Part shown: positions 1 through 9,175 of the stretch, piece by piece | Numbering within the stretch: position 1 is the first letter of the stretch | Layout of the letters: each line of letters opens with the position of its first letter | Assembly (NCBI GenBank): GCA_044376115.1 | Contig: JBILLK010000013.1 | Coordinates: 96,001-160,000, forward strand | Direction: 5' to 3' | Length of the DNA: 64,000 nucleotides | Source of the DNA: Polyangiaceae bacterium | GTDB lineage: Bacteria > Myxococcota_A > Polyangia > Polyangiales > Polyangiaceae | Translations under genes and position numbers: made by a program | The notes under the pieces: generated by a model | Databases searched by the model: none | The model's input: the letters and a program-made list of their open reading frames with translations, nothing else | What the model was told of the DNA's origin: nothing

Positions 1-200
1 TCGCACGCCCCAATGTCGCTACCTCCGTTCGGTAGGCAGCGCTGGGATACGAACGTGCCGCGATTTTTCGAGGAAATCGCACAGGGGCCGCTTCCATCGT
101 CGGCCGCACTGGTCGCGGGCGGTCGCCGCACCGGTCGCGGGCGGTGCTTGGAGTGACATTGAGCGGGCCGATGGTTTATCGCGGGCCCCAATGTCACTGC
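1..200 (+). repeat. Palindromic repeat family A doublet (left unit cut by the window edge)
   Basis: Hairpin unit (a/g)g(c/t)gacatt..cgat-ggttt-atcgc.gggcccc-aatgtc(g/a)c at ~152-198 plus the tail of another unit at 1-20. Same linker as 6540-6748 and 8645-8872; unit spacing 178 bp in all three. Confidence 0.9.
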
Positions 201-231
201 AGGGCGCGGAGTCGACCTTCCTGGGCGTGAT

Positions 232-450
232 AGCGAAGTAACCGCCTGGGGCTGCGCTAGCCCCCCTCGGTTAGTTCGCTAAACGGGTGGGTTAACTCAC
301 TAAAAGGGAGGGGTTTTTCGCCCAACGGGAGGTTTGCCGCGGCCAACGCAGCGAATTTGGCCAATATCTAGGTAGCGCCGCGCATCGGGGCGCAGCGGAT
401 GCGACGTAACCGCCAGGAGCTAGCGCAGCTCCCCCGGGTTAGTGCGCATT
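232..450 (+). repeat. Palindromic repeat family B element (hairpin-linker-core-hairpin)
   Basis: gcgaagtaacc...ggttagttcgc hairpin, ggccaatatctaggtagc core at 359, and a second hairpin gcgacgtaacc..ggagctagcgcagctcc. Near copy at 8905-9122. Confidence 0.9.
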
Positions 451-583
451 GGACGCAATGGGGCGAGCGGCGTTAGCTCCGCTACCGCGCCCAACAGCCA
501 GACGCCACTTGAGCGCGCCACCGCGTCGCGGAGGCCGACATCACGCTCACACCTCGCAACGCGCCACCGCGAGAGGTCGAGCT

Positions 584-642
584 ACTCACGATCGATGGTC
601 GGGTTGTCGACCACAAGCTCCAACGCCACCAGTAGCGCGTCT
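584..642 (-). pseudogene. Fragment of the TPR gene at 9176-9784
   Basis: tcacgatcgatggtcgggttgtcgaccacaagctccaacgccaccagtagcgcgtc aligns to ~9537-9592. Confidence 0.8.
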
Positions 643-704
643 CGTCGGCGAGGCGTGGGCGATGACGCCACAAGGCCCGCCGCCCCGTCGCCGCCGCTGC
701 TCGG

Positions 705-752
705 AGCGACATTCGCCGGGCCGATGGTTTATCGCGGGCCCCAATGTCGCTT
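705..752 (+). repeat. Family A single hairpin unit
   Basis: gagcgacattcgccgggccgatggtttatcgcgggccccaatgtcgct. Confidence 0.9.
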
Positions 753-762
753 CGCGCGCATC

Positions 763-872
763 CGGACCTATCGAAGCTGACGCCACTCCAGCGAGAGGGC
801 GCAGTCGAGGGGCGCGCTTGGATGAGAGCCTGCGACAAGAAGAAGCAGGGCCTTGTGATCTTTGGTGGATAG
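763..872 (+). pseudogene. 3' remnant of the 194-aa gene at 6879-7463
   Basis: ggacctatcgaagctgacgccactccagcgagaggg...ctttggtggatag aligns to ~7355-7463; the 5' part is deleted immediately after the family A unit. Confidence 0.85.
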
Positions 873-888
873 CTATGCAAGGGCGCGG

Positions 889-1527
889 CTAGCAACCGTG
901 CTCGCGCATCAATAGCTGGCGAAACCCATCATCGATGGTGCCGTTGGGTTCCAGTTGGTGCGCCGATTGGAACGCGATCACTGCCGCCTTCAGCGCTGCT
1001 GCTGCGGCATCCTCGTCGGCGCTCGAAGGCGCGCTGTAAAATCCGAGATTTTCGAGGCGCTTTTGCACGCCTGAGTCCTCCCGCACTGGATCCATGTTTC
1101 CGATGTGCAGGGGAAAGCTGAGCCCCTGCTTGGGCAGCAGGATCTCACCCTCACGCACGCGGACCGAGATGTCGACAGTGAGCCTCCCCGACGCGTCGGT
1201 GGTACCCTCGATAAGAGCGCCCGCTCCTTTGATGACGAACGGTTCATTCGGGAGCGGGACGTCACCGTCTCGCAGGACAAGCGACAGCTTTACCTTCGGG
1301 AGCGTCACCGTGTAGCGATTCGCGGTTCCCTTCTTGAGGGTGAGTGGTACCCGGGGCGGCTCGTCGGGAAGGAACAGGATATCGCCGGCACGAAGGATAT
1401 CCATGTGCTCTCGCTTCGCTCTGAGTTCGGCGTTCTTGGGGTGGTTCCACAAGTCCTCCGGACGCGCGCCCAGTCGGGCGGCTATTTGGGTGAGGTACTC
1501 GCCCTCTCGAATGATGTGCGCGCGCAT
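889..1527 (-). CDS. LysM-like domain, transthyretin-like middle domain and C-terminal peptidoglycan-binding domain protein
   Basis: N-term HIIREGEYLTQIAARLG..LWNHPKN..ILRAGDILFLP (LysM-like); C-term VQKRLENLGFY...AAVIAFQSAHQLEPNGTID (PG_binding_1-like); last gene of the vgrG operon. Confidence 0.85.
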   Translation of the reverse strand: MRAHIIREGEYLTQIAARLGARPEDLWNHPKNAELRAKREHMDILRAGDILFLPDEPPRVPLTLKKGTANRYTVTLPKVKLSLVLRDGDVPLPNEPFVIKGAGALIEGTTDASGRLTVDISVRVREGEILLPKQGLSFPLHIGNMDPVREDSGVQKRLENLGFYSAPSSADEDAAAAALKAAVIAFQSAHQLEPNGTIDDGFRQLLMREHGC

Positions 1528-1541
1528 CGGCTATCGACCCT

Positions 1542-2297
1542 TCAGCGAGTGAGCAGCGTTCCAGAGCCAAGGAACTGTGGAGGCCAGTTAAGGCCTGGAA
1601 GCGGCAGCGCGATCCGCTCCAGCGACGACCACCAGGGTGCTCCCGCCTTCCACTCCATAACCACTTTGAGGGTGTAGCGAGTGAACGTAAAGCGGAGGCC
1701 GTTGGGAATGCTCTCGATTTCCTGAGTCGCTGGTGCCGCGTCGACCACGAAGGGGACGCTTCCGAAGGTCGCTGGGGTCGGCAAAACCGGGAAGTCCTTG
1801 ATAAAGGCACCTCGGTCCCCACCGAGATACGGCACCGCCGGATTGGTCTCATCCCCTTGAGCGACCGCCTTTCCTTGCTCATCCTCCAGTCGGAGGAAAG
1901 AGAACGGCTTGGCACGGTAAAGCCCATAATACTGCAACTTGTCTTGGCCTTTCTTGCCCCGTATGTCGAGGCGATAGACCCCCTCGGCGTCCGTATCGGA
2001 CGGCACGTCGATGACGCGAAACTCAAACTCCACGGTTCTGAACTCAGGCCCCGTGTAGGGGCCCCGTACCGGGGTTCCGCGGACCTCCGTCTTCATCGAG
2101 ACACGCCATTTGTCGCCAAGCTTCCAGGCCGGGGGAAAGACCCGTTCGATCGGTATCGTTGGTTGGGTCACCGTCGGCTTCGTCGGTTGTGTAGGCGTGC
2201 TCATCGTCGTCTCTTTGATTGGGTGGGTTGGCGCATCCACACAGGCAGCATGGATACAGGCAGTGAGTGCGAAGCAGGCGGGAGCGAAGCGCCTCAT
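1542..2297 (-). CDS. Predicted lipoprotein, candidate immunity protein of the upstream VgrG cargo
   Basis: Signal peptide ending IHAA-C, then a Thr/Pro linker; ATGA overlap with the upstream gene at 2294-2297; diverged paralog at 7541-8347. The immunity role is inferred. Confidence 0.75.
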   Translation of the reverse strand: MRRFAPACFALTACIHAACVDAPTHPIKETTMSTPTQPTKPTVTQPTIPIERVFPPAWKLGDKWRVSMKTEVRGTPVRGPYTGPEFRTVEFEFRVIDVPSDTDAEGVYRLDIRGKKGQDKLQYYGLYRAKPFSFLRLEDEQGKAVAQGDETNPAVPYLGGDRGAFIKDFPVLPTPATFGSVPFVVDAAPATQEIESIPNGLRFTFTRYTLKVVMEWKAGAPWWSSLERIALPLPGLNWPPQFLGSGTLLTR

Positions 2298-3706
2298 TTG
2301 TATCTCGCGTTGATGGTCGCGTACTTGAGGAACTCCGTCCCAACGACGGGATTACCTGTGCCGAATGGCGGGCCAGTCCGTCGTACGGATGCTGGCGGCC
2401 CGAGCAGGTTCAAGTTGGTAGGAGCGAAGAGCTCTTGACGCTGGTCGTTCTGAAGGCTCGTCCACGCATTGCGATCGTCGGACGCATTGATCTTGCCTTG
2501 GCCATCAAAGATGATGCGCCACTCATTCCGGTACAGCCAGGCGTCTTTGCTGCTCTGGCCTGGTATGACCGAGCCCGAGGCAAACCTGCCTGCGAGGTTC
2601 GGCGAAGGGCGAGTATCAATATTCGAGTAGACCTCGCAGGACACCTTCAGGTCCTTGTCATCTTGCGGGTTCTGCGGCCAGGTCTCGGAGAAGGTCGCGC
2701 GATAGTAGAATATCATTTGGTTCCAGACCTCTTCCGGTCCGCGATGCGGTTCGTAGGAACGCAGGTTCGACAAAAGAGGAAGGCCGTTCGCAGCGAGCTC
2801 ATCCTGGAGTTTTTGGAAGTAGCCAGCGGCAGCCTTGCCAAAGTCTTTGTTGATCCAGTCCTTGAACTCAGCTTCGGACCCCACCGCAATCGACCACACT
2901 TCACCCGCCGCGACCGCGGTTGACGGATCGAACTCGCCGCCCAAGCTTTTAGTCAGGGTGGCCCTGTCTTTGGGGCCACCCGGCTTGAGATAGCCGAGTA
3001 CGTCCCAGCGACCGATCGCGTGAGGGAATCTGGTGTTTCGGAGGGTCCAACTGGGGTCTTGCACCTGCCCGAAGTTGCCAAACCATTCAGTAGCGAGGAA
3101 CTCCATCTCTTCCTCGCTGAAGAACTGTCCACCGATGGTCGTGGCGACGGGTTGCTCGAAGAGAGCCGAGGCCGGCGCAGCGTGGTGGCAATGTCCAGCC
3201 CACCCTGCGGCATCCGGGGACTGGTGGCTGTCGTGCTCGAAGGTGTCGGCGACATCGGGACTCTTCCCGACGGCCGAAGCGTATCGCTTTAGAATGTCCC
3301 GCGCTTCGTCGGCTGCGGCGCTACTTCGACGGGCTGGCCAGTAGTAGAAGTTCCACGGCAAGAGCGGCTTGTTCGGTAGCAACTCATGCATGCGCGACCA
3401 AGCTGTCTGGACGAGGGAGGCGATGATCATGCCCCCCGAGGTCGTCGTCGCCACGAAGCACTCACCGAACGCGGCGAACGTAACAGCCTCCGCCGTTCCG
3501 CTAGCGAGGCTATTGCCATCAGGCTGCTGGATCTCGACCTGGCTTGCGTCGCTGCAGCGGATCGTTAGCTCACCGCCAAGGTAGGTCGGGATCCACACCC
3601 TCCATCGAGTTGGGCCCGGTGGTGACGGAACGGGAACGCCAAGCGGCAGCCGCCGAACTGGAATCGTGAGTGTGTTGTCTGCGTTGGGTGCGACGGGGCT
3701 TGCCAT
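2294..3706 (-). CDS. Transglutaminase-elicitor (GP42-like) fold protein, candidate VgrG-delivered effector
   Basis: Motifs PWNFYYWP, KRYASAVG, WAGHCHHAAPASALFEQP...GQFF and EEVWNQ resemble Phytophthora TGase elicitor motifs (PW..YWP, W.GICH.W.PAAIL..EP, VWNQ). No signal peptide; lies directly downstream of vgrG. Confidence 0.7.
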   Translation of the reverse strand: MASPVAPNADNTLTIPVRRLPLGVPVPSPPGPTRWRVWIPTYLGGELTIRCSDASQVEIQQPDGNSLASGTAEAVTFAAFGECFVATTTSGGMIIASLVQTAWSRMHELLPNKPLLPWNFYYWPARRSSAAADEARDILKRYASAVGKSPDVADTFEHDSHQSPDAAGWAGHCHHAAPASALFEQPVATTIGGQFFSEEEMEFLATEWFGNFGQVQDPSWTLRNTRFPHAIGRWDVLGYLKPGGPKDRATLTKSLGGEFDPSTAVAAGEVWSIAVGSEAEFKDWINKDFGKAAAGYFQKLQDELAANGLPLLSNLRSYEPHRGPEEVWNQMIFYYRATFSETWPQNPQDDKDLKVSCEVYSNIDTRPSPNLAGRFASGSVIPGQSSKDAWLYRNEWRIIFDGQGKINASDDRNAWTSLQNDQRQELFAPTNLNLLGPPASVRRTGPPFGTGNPVVGTEFLKYATINARYK

Positions 3707-3732
3707 ATGCGCCTTTCAAGCAATTGGTTGGT

Positions 3733-6399
3733 TCAGCCGGCCTTCGCGTCGCTGGCATCAGGGAAGCTGATGGTTCCCGAGCCCCCAAAGGCGAGCTCCT
3801 TCTTGCCGTCCTTGTCCGTAACGCCGCTCAGCTGGGCTCCCCCATCCAACGTGATGACGAAACGCTCGTACGCGAGTGGCCGACCAGTCTCATCGACGAG
3901 CTCGATCGTCGTCGGCGGGTCAGGTTCCTTGGGCGGAGGATCACTGGCTTGCTCGGGTGAGTTTAGGAGGATTTGTTGCGCGTCAACTTTGCACTCGCGC
4001 TGCATGGCCAGCGACGCGCCATCCTTGGATTTCAGCACGATCTTCCTCTTCACCAGCAACTGGGCGTCGCTCTGCGACGACAACCGCAAGCCATCAGCGG
4101 AGGCGGAGACGCTTGCGGCTTGGCCGGCGACTACGACGGATGGTGACTGGATCTCGATCTGCTCCGAACTGATCCGGATCCAGCTCTTGCCCACCCGGAG
4201 AACGATGGCCTCCTCGGACTCGACCTCTGTCGCCCGCGAGCTGGACAGCCTCGCGATGCCCTCGGCATGGGTCACCCAGGAACGATTTGCGTCCGCCTTG
4301 CCGACGAGGGTGGTCATGCAGCCGCGGACGCGGGTGGTCAGATCGGCGGCGTGCTCCAGCTCGGCGCTTTGCTGAACGTGACGATGCTCGGTCCCTTCGA
4401 CTCTGGTCGTCAGGGCTCCGGACACTCGCGTATCGCTGCTGCCACTCACCACGTCGACGCGATCTCCCTCGACAAGCACGCTTTGATTGCGGGCTACGTG
4501 TTCCTTCGCGTCGCGTCCCACGCGTGTCACCGCATCGTGTTCGACGACGTCCAGGCGATCTCCGATGACTCGAAGGCGCTCGTCGCCGCGTGTCAGCAGG
4601 GTATGGTTTCGTTCGACCAGCTCGTCCAAGTCACGCTGTGCGTGCAAGTAGACCTGCTCGCGTCCAGTCTGATCCTCGAAGGAGAGTTCGTTGAACCCAC
4701 CTCCGCCGGGGCTCGATTGTGTCCGGATGCCGCTCCTCGTCTTGTGGGCCGGAAGTGCGAACGAAGGAACGTGCGTAGCGTTATAGAGCGAGCCAATCAC
4801 GATCGGCTTGTCCGGGTCCCCTCCCTCGAACGAGACGGCGACTTCCATGCCGACGCGCGGGATGAATTGGTGGCCGTAACCAGCGCCTCCCCATGGCTGC
4901 ACGGACCGTATCCAACAGGAGGCGCGGTCGTCGCGAATGCCCCTCCTGTCCCAGTGGAACAGGACTTTGATTCTACCGGCAGCATCGACGTGAATCTCCT
5001 CCCCCGGTGGTCCGACCACGGTCGCCGTGAGCATTGACTGAACCGTTTTGCGCTTGGGCCTACGCGGTGGAAACGGAACCTCACCCGGAACCGTTGTGAA
5101 CGTGTTTCTGTAGAGATCGGCTTTCTCGCCAACCCGGCCGGTGTGCTCGACCGTGACGACGACGTACTCGCGATTGTGGTCGTGGATGGGGTGACCTTCG
5201 AGCTTGAACCGGTGCCCTGCAGCGAGCGACGGGGCGAGGCTTGCGCCCCGAGCCGCCACTCGGTTTCGCGTGGTTTGCCGCCTGATGAGAAGAGCAGTTT
5301 GATCGGCGTCGTCCCATTCTGGAAACAGGAAGTTCCCGTGGTGTTCGTACGTCTCGAGTTGGCGCTGCCCGACCAATCTCAGGAGTGCATCGGCAACCCC
5401 CCCGAGCCCGAGGCTAGCTGAAGCGTTCAGGTTCAGCGCCGCGGCATCAGTCGATACGCTCGCCGCGACTGAAACATCAGGGACACCAATACCTGGTGCA
5501 TCGGGCGGCCAGCGGCTGACGCGCGGGCCGCCAGGCCTGGAAGGGTCGAAGTCTCGGTACTCGGCGACCTCGGAGCGCACGCGGCGAGTGGGTGCCAATT
5601 CGAGGACCTTGTCGGAGCCATCCTCGGCACCGCTGCGTCCATCGAGAAACCGAAGCATTGGAGCGGTGGAAACGCTGACTGGGTACATCGCCGCGTCATC
5701 GACGAAGAGCACCGTTTCCTCGGGCAGCGAGAGCGATACAGCCGCAGCGGCCATCCCAGCCACATCGCCGATAGACCCTCCGGACGCGGCGAACGCGGCC
5801 GTCAGGTTTGTCACGACATCTGAACCAGGAGTTGCGAAGAAGTAGAATATGCCTGCCTCAGCAAGCAACCGTTGGATGAAAGCGAGATCCGACTCTTCGT
5901 ATTGGGTGATGTACGGCCGCGAGGCATAGCGTCTCGTCAGGTTCCACTCGTTTGCGATACGTGCCTCCCCAAGGACCTGCTGAACCACCTCGGGAACGGA
6001 GACGTCTTGAAAAATGCGTGAGCCTCGCTGATGACGTAGAAGCGCCAGAGCGGGAACGAGCCGCATGGTGAACATCGCGGTGTCCTTTCCGCCCCTCCGA
6101 TCTTGCACTCCGTCCGAGCGCACGCGCTCCACCACGCCAGGAATGACGCGTGGGGGGCCTCCTACGTCGAGCAGCAGCGCTGCGCGCTGCCCGACCGCGA
6201 GCCTTTCAAGATCTTCGCCGACAAGCGTGTTGCTGCTCAGCGTGAGGTCGAAGGCGTAAGGCCGATTGAGCGCTTCGCGTCCATGAACGCGATGCACCGT
6301 GAAATGTGAGGGCGGGAACGGGAACGCGACGAATGAATACGGGGCGGAGGATGACTCTCCCGGAATTCGGCCGGCGTCGAACGACGCTTCGTAGGACAT
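3733..6399 (-). CDS. vgrG: Type VI secretion spike VgrG/TssI with C-terminal transthyretin-like extension
   Basis: QYEESDLAFIQRLLAEAGIFYFF, GEEIHVDAAGRIKVLFHWDR, QFIPRVGMEVAVSFEGGDPDKP, GFNELSFEDQTGREQVYLHAQRD. Start set at MSYEASF (6399) because the track's extension runs through repeats. Confidence 0.95.
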   Translation of the reverse strand: MSYEASFDAGRIPGESSSAPYSFVAFPFPPSHFTVHRVHGREALNRPYAFDLTLSSNTLVGEDLERLAVGQRAALLLDVGGPPRVIPGVVERVRSDGVQDRRGGKDTAMFTMRLVPALALLRHQRGSRIFQDVSVPEVVQQVLGEARIANEWNLTRRYASRPYITQYEESDLAFIQRLLAEAGIFYFFATPGSDVVTNLTAAFAASGGSIGDVAGMAAAAVSLSLPEETVLFVDDAAMYPVSVSTAPMLRFLDGRSGAEDGSDKVLELAPTRRVRSEVAEYRDFDPSRPGGPRVSRWPPDAPGIGVPDVSVAASVSTDAAALNLNASASLGLGGVADALLRLVGQRQLETYEHHGNFLFPEWDDADQTALLIRRQTTRNRVAARGASLAPSLAAGHRFKLEGHPIHDHNREYVVVTVEHTGRVGEKADLYRNTFTTVPGEVPFPPRRPKRKTVQSMLTATVVGPPGEEIHVDAAGRIKVLFHWDRRGIRDDRASCWIRSVQPWGGAGYGHQFIPRVGMEVAVSFEGGDPDKPIVIGSLYNATHVPSFALPAHKTRSGIRTQSSPGGGGFNELSFEDQTGREQVYLHAQRDLDELVERNHTLLTRGDERLRVIGDRLDVVEHDAVTRVGRDAKEHVARNQSVLVEGDRVDVVSGSSDTRVSGALTTRVEGTEHRHVQQSAELEHAADLTTRVRGCMTTLVGKADANRSWVTHAEGIARLSSSRATEVESEEAIVLRVGKSWIRISSEQIEIQSPSVVVAGQAASVSASADGLRLSSQSDAQLLVKRKIVLKSKDGASLAMQRECKVDAQQILLNSPEQASDPPPKEPDPPTTIELVDETGRPLAYERFVITLDGGAQLSGVTDKDGKKELAFGGSGTISFPDASDAKAG

Positions 6400-6465
6400 G
6401 GGTCGGCGGGAAGTTATCAATCCGCCAGATTCGCGCAAGCAGCTCATAGAGCCGTAAGCGAGGGA

Positions 6466-6535
6466 CGCAGCGTCTCGATCTCGGCCCGGAGCGCGGCCTG
6501 CTCCCTGCGTCGTTGGAGGACTCGAGCGCCTGGCG
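6466..6535 (-). pseudogene. 3' fragment of the TPR gene at 9176-9784
   Basis: gcagcgtctcgatctcggcccggag...gttggaggactcgagcgcctgg aligns to ~9196-9263. Confidence 0.8.
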
Positions 6536-6537
6536 GG

Positions 6538-6748
6538 ACGATGGTTTATCGCACGCCCCAATGTCACAGCCTTCGTTCGGTAGGCAGCGCTGGCCAACGA
6601 ACCTGCGCAGGTTTTTCGAGGGAATTGCGAAGGGGCCGCAGCCCTCGTCGGCGGGCACTGGTCGCCGCGGTCGCTGCACTGGTCGCTGCCGCTGCTCGGA
6701 GCGACATTGAGCGGGGCGATGGTTTATCGCGGGCCCCAATGTCGCTTC
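6538..6748 (+). repeat. Family A doublet
   Basis: gatggtttatcgc at 6540 and 6718 (178 bp apart); linker homologous to 20-150 and 8690-8820. Confidence 0.9.
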
Positions 6749-6878
6749 GTGCGCATCCGCGACCGAACACCCGAAGGCGGCCATCCTCCAGCGGTGAGCG
6801 GGAGAAGCGTCGACGATGGGACACGAAGCCGTGAGGTACCGCATCCAGCCGAGCTCCTTCGTGCTGTAGCCTCGGGAC

Positions 6879-7463
6879 ATGGGATACGGGTTATGGCCTT
6901 ACAGGGTCGACCTTCAGGAACTAGCGCGGCTTCCGGCTCCGGGGACAGCGGAGATGCGAGCCTTGGAGCGGCGTCTGAAGGTTCGATTTGCTGAGCTCGC
7001 GGGCGGTTTCGAGGACGAAGTCGCGGCGGGTGAGTGTGAAGCTCCGAACGCCGCGCTTGCCAAGATCGCGGCGGGTCGGCTGAAGCCGCGCAGCTTCATG
7101 CACGGGCGCGTGGTCGAGGCGCTGGTTGCTACGCTGGGCAAACAGTTGCCCAACGAGGCCTGGGAAAAGTTCAGCTCGCGCTTCTTTTCGGACCTCGATG
7201 ACGAGCTCACGGCGCGCGGGCTCAAAGGCCCGGACGCGATGGTGAAGATCGTACAGAGCGGTGTGCCTGTGATGGGCAAGACCGTGCGCCAGCCGGAGTG
7301 TGGCTCGATGTCGGCGGCGCAAGTCGCCAAAGTCGGCGCGCTGATCGATGCGATGGACCTCTCGAAGCTGACGCCACTCCAGCGAGAGGGCACAGCCGAG
7401 TGGCGCGCGTGGATGAGAGCCTGCGAGAAGAAGAAGCAGGGTCTTGTGCTCTTTGGTGGATAG
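6879..7463 (+). CDS. Hypothetical protein (194 aa)
   Basis: ATG start, GC-rich third codon positions, globular composition; its 3' end is duplicated at 763-872. Confidence 0.75.
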   Translation: MGYGLWPYRVDLQELARLPAPGTAEMRALERRLKVRFAELAGGFEDEVAAGECEAPNAALAKIAAGRLKPRSFMHGRVVEALVATLGKQLPNEAWEKFSSRFFSDLDDELTARGLKGPDAMVKIVQSGVPVMGKTVRQPECGSMSAAQVAKVGALIDAMDLSKLTPLQREGTAEWRAWMRACEKKKQGLVLFGG

Positions 7464-7526
7464 CGGATATCGCCGGGCAGCTATTTGGGTGAGGTATTCT
7501 CCCTCTCGAATGATGTGCGCGCGCAT
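7464..7526 (-). pseudogene. 5' remnant of the LysM gene (889-1527)
   Basis: Encodes MRAHIIREGEYLTQIAAR, then jumps to a ccggcgatatcc piece matching ~1377-1388 and ends. Confidence 0.85.
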
Positions 7527-7540
7527 CGGCTATCGACCCT

Positions 7541-8347
7541 TCAGCGAGTGAGCAGCGTTCCAGAGCCAAGGAACTGTGGAGGCCAGTTAAGGCCTGGAAG
7601 CGGCAGCGCGATACGCTCCAGCGACGACCACCAGGGTGCTCCCGCCTTCCACTCCATCACCACGTGGAGGTCGTAGCGAGTGAACGTGAAGCGGAGGCCG
7701 GTGGGGGTGCTTTCGATTTCCTGAGTCGCTGGTGCCGCGTCAACCACGAAGGGGACGCTTCCGAAGGTCGCTGGGGTCGGCAAAACCGGGAAGTCCTTGA
7801 TAAAGGCACCTCGGTCTCCACCGAGATACGGCACCGCCGGATTGGTCTCATCCCCTTGAGCGACCGCCTTCCCTTGCTCATCCTCCAGTCGGAGGAAAGA
7901 GAACGGCTTGGCACGGTAAAGCCCATAATACTGCAACTTGTCTCCATCATCTGCGCCTCGTATGTCGAGGCGATAGACGCCCTCAGCGTCCGTATCGGAC
8001 GGCACGGCGGTAACGCGAAACTCAAACTCCACGGTTCTGAACTCAGGCCCTTTGTAGGGGCCGCGCACGGGGATTCCGTGGACCTGCGTCTTCATCGATA
8101 CACGCCACTTGTCGCCAACTTTCCAGGCCGGGGGAAAGACCCGCTCGATCGGTATCGTTGGTTGGGTCACCGTCGGCTTCGTCGGTTGTGACACCGAGCT
8201 CGCAATATCGTTGGTTGGGTGGGCGGGCGCATCCACACAGGCAGCATGGATACAGACCGTGAGTGCGCACCAGGCGGACAATGAATATGGGACTGGCGAT
8301 GACTCTCCCGGAATTCGGCCGGCGTCGAACGACGCTTCGTAGGACAT
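7541..8347 (-). CDS. Chimeric gene: first ~22 codons of vgrG fused in frame to a diversified paralog of the 1542-2297 lipoprotein
   Basis: MSYEASFDAGRIPGESS..PYS matches the VgrG N-terminus, and 8281-8410 matches 6333-6462 including upstream DNA. The remainder aligns to 1542-2270 with clustered substitutions. Confidence 0.85.
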   Translation of the reverse strand: MSYEASFDAGRIPGESSPVPYSLSAWCALTVCIHAACVDAPAHPTNDIASSVSQPTKPTVTQPTIPIERVFPPAWKVGDKWRVSMKTQVHGIPVRGPYKGPEFRTVEFEFRVTAVPSDTDAEGVYRLDIRGADDGDKLQYYGLYRAKPFSFLRLEDEQGKAVAQGDETNPAVPYLGGDRGAFIKDFPVLPTPATFGSVPFVVDAAPATQEIESTPTGLRFTFTRYDLHVVMEWKAGAPWWSSLERIALPLPGLNWPPQFLGSGTLLTR

Positions 8348-8439
8348 GGGCCGGCGGGAAGTTATCAATCCGCCAGATTCGCGCAAGCAGCTCATAGAGC
8401 CGTAAGCGAGACGGGTCCCCTCACTGCGCGCGATACCGT

Positions 8440-8568
8440 TCAATCGTCGAACTGCGGACGCAGCGTCTCGATCTCGGCCAGGAGCGCGGCCTGCTCCCTG
8501 CGTCGTTGGAGGACTCGAGCGCCTGGGCGAGGAGCATCCCTGACCGGGGAGGTTACCTTCTTGGCCAG
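8440..8568 (-). pseudogene. 3' fragment of the TPR gene at 9176-9784
   Basis: tcaatcgtcgaactgcggacgcagcgtctcgatctcgg...cttggcca aligns to 9176-9306, with an indel. Confidence 0.8.
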
Positions 8569-8644
8569 CAGCAAGCGGCGCGTCTCCTCGGCGAGGCGTG
8601 GGCGATGACGCCCGAAGGCCCGCCCGCGTCGCCGCCGCTGCTCG

Positions 8645-8872
8645 GAGTGACATTGGGCGGGGCGATGGTTTATCGCGGGCCCCAATGTCGCTACCTCCGT
8701 TCGGTGGGCAGCGCTGGGCGACGAACATGCCGCGATTATTCGAGGGAATCGCACAGGGGCCGCTGCCCTCGTCGGCCCGCACTGGTCGAAAAGGTCGCCG
8801 CACCGGTCGCCGCCGGTGCTCGCAGCGACATTCGCCGGGGCGATGGTTTATCGCGGGCCCCAATGTCACTGC
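8645..8872 (+). repeat. Family A doublet
   Basis: gatggtttatcgc at 8664 and 8842; 8675-9130 is a diverged copy of 1-460. Confidence 0.9.
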
Positions 8873-8904
8873 AGGGCGCGGAGTTCGACCTTCCTAAGCG
8901 TGAT

Positions 8905-9122
8905 AGCGAAGTAACCGCCTGGGGCTGCGCTAGCCCCCCTCGGTTAGTTCGCTATACGGGCGGTTCTTTCGCTAAAAGTGAGGGTTCTTTCGCTTAGCGG
9001 CCGCGGTAACCCGCCCAACGCACCAAGTTTGGCCAATATCTAGGTAGCGACGCGCATCGGGGCTCATCGGATGCGAAGTAACCGCCAGGGGCTAGCGCAG
9101 CTCCCCCGGGTTAGTGCGCATT
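8905..9122 (+). repeat. Family B element
   Basis: Core ggccaatatctaggtagc at 9031, flanked by two hairpin units. Confidence 0.9.
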
Positions 9123-9175
9123 GGTCGCAATGGGCCACGCGGCTCACACCTCGCGCGCGCACCGCGCGCTACCGC

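Noticed and set aside
6400..6597. N-terminal extensions of VgrG and of ORF 7541-8869 (TLGPAINHRP peptides)
   Set aside because: They are read-through of family A repeats and TPR fragments; the same peptide appears wherever the repeat occurs.
1542..8347. Lipoprotein paralog pair as a DGR template/variable repeat
   Set aside because: Differences are not restricted to adenines, span the whole gene, and no reverse transcriptase is present.
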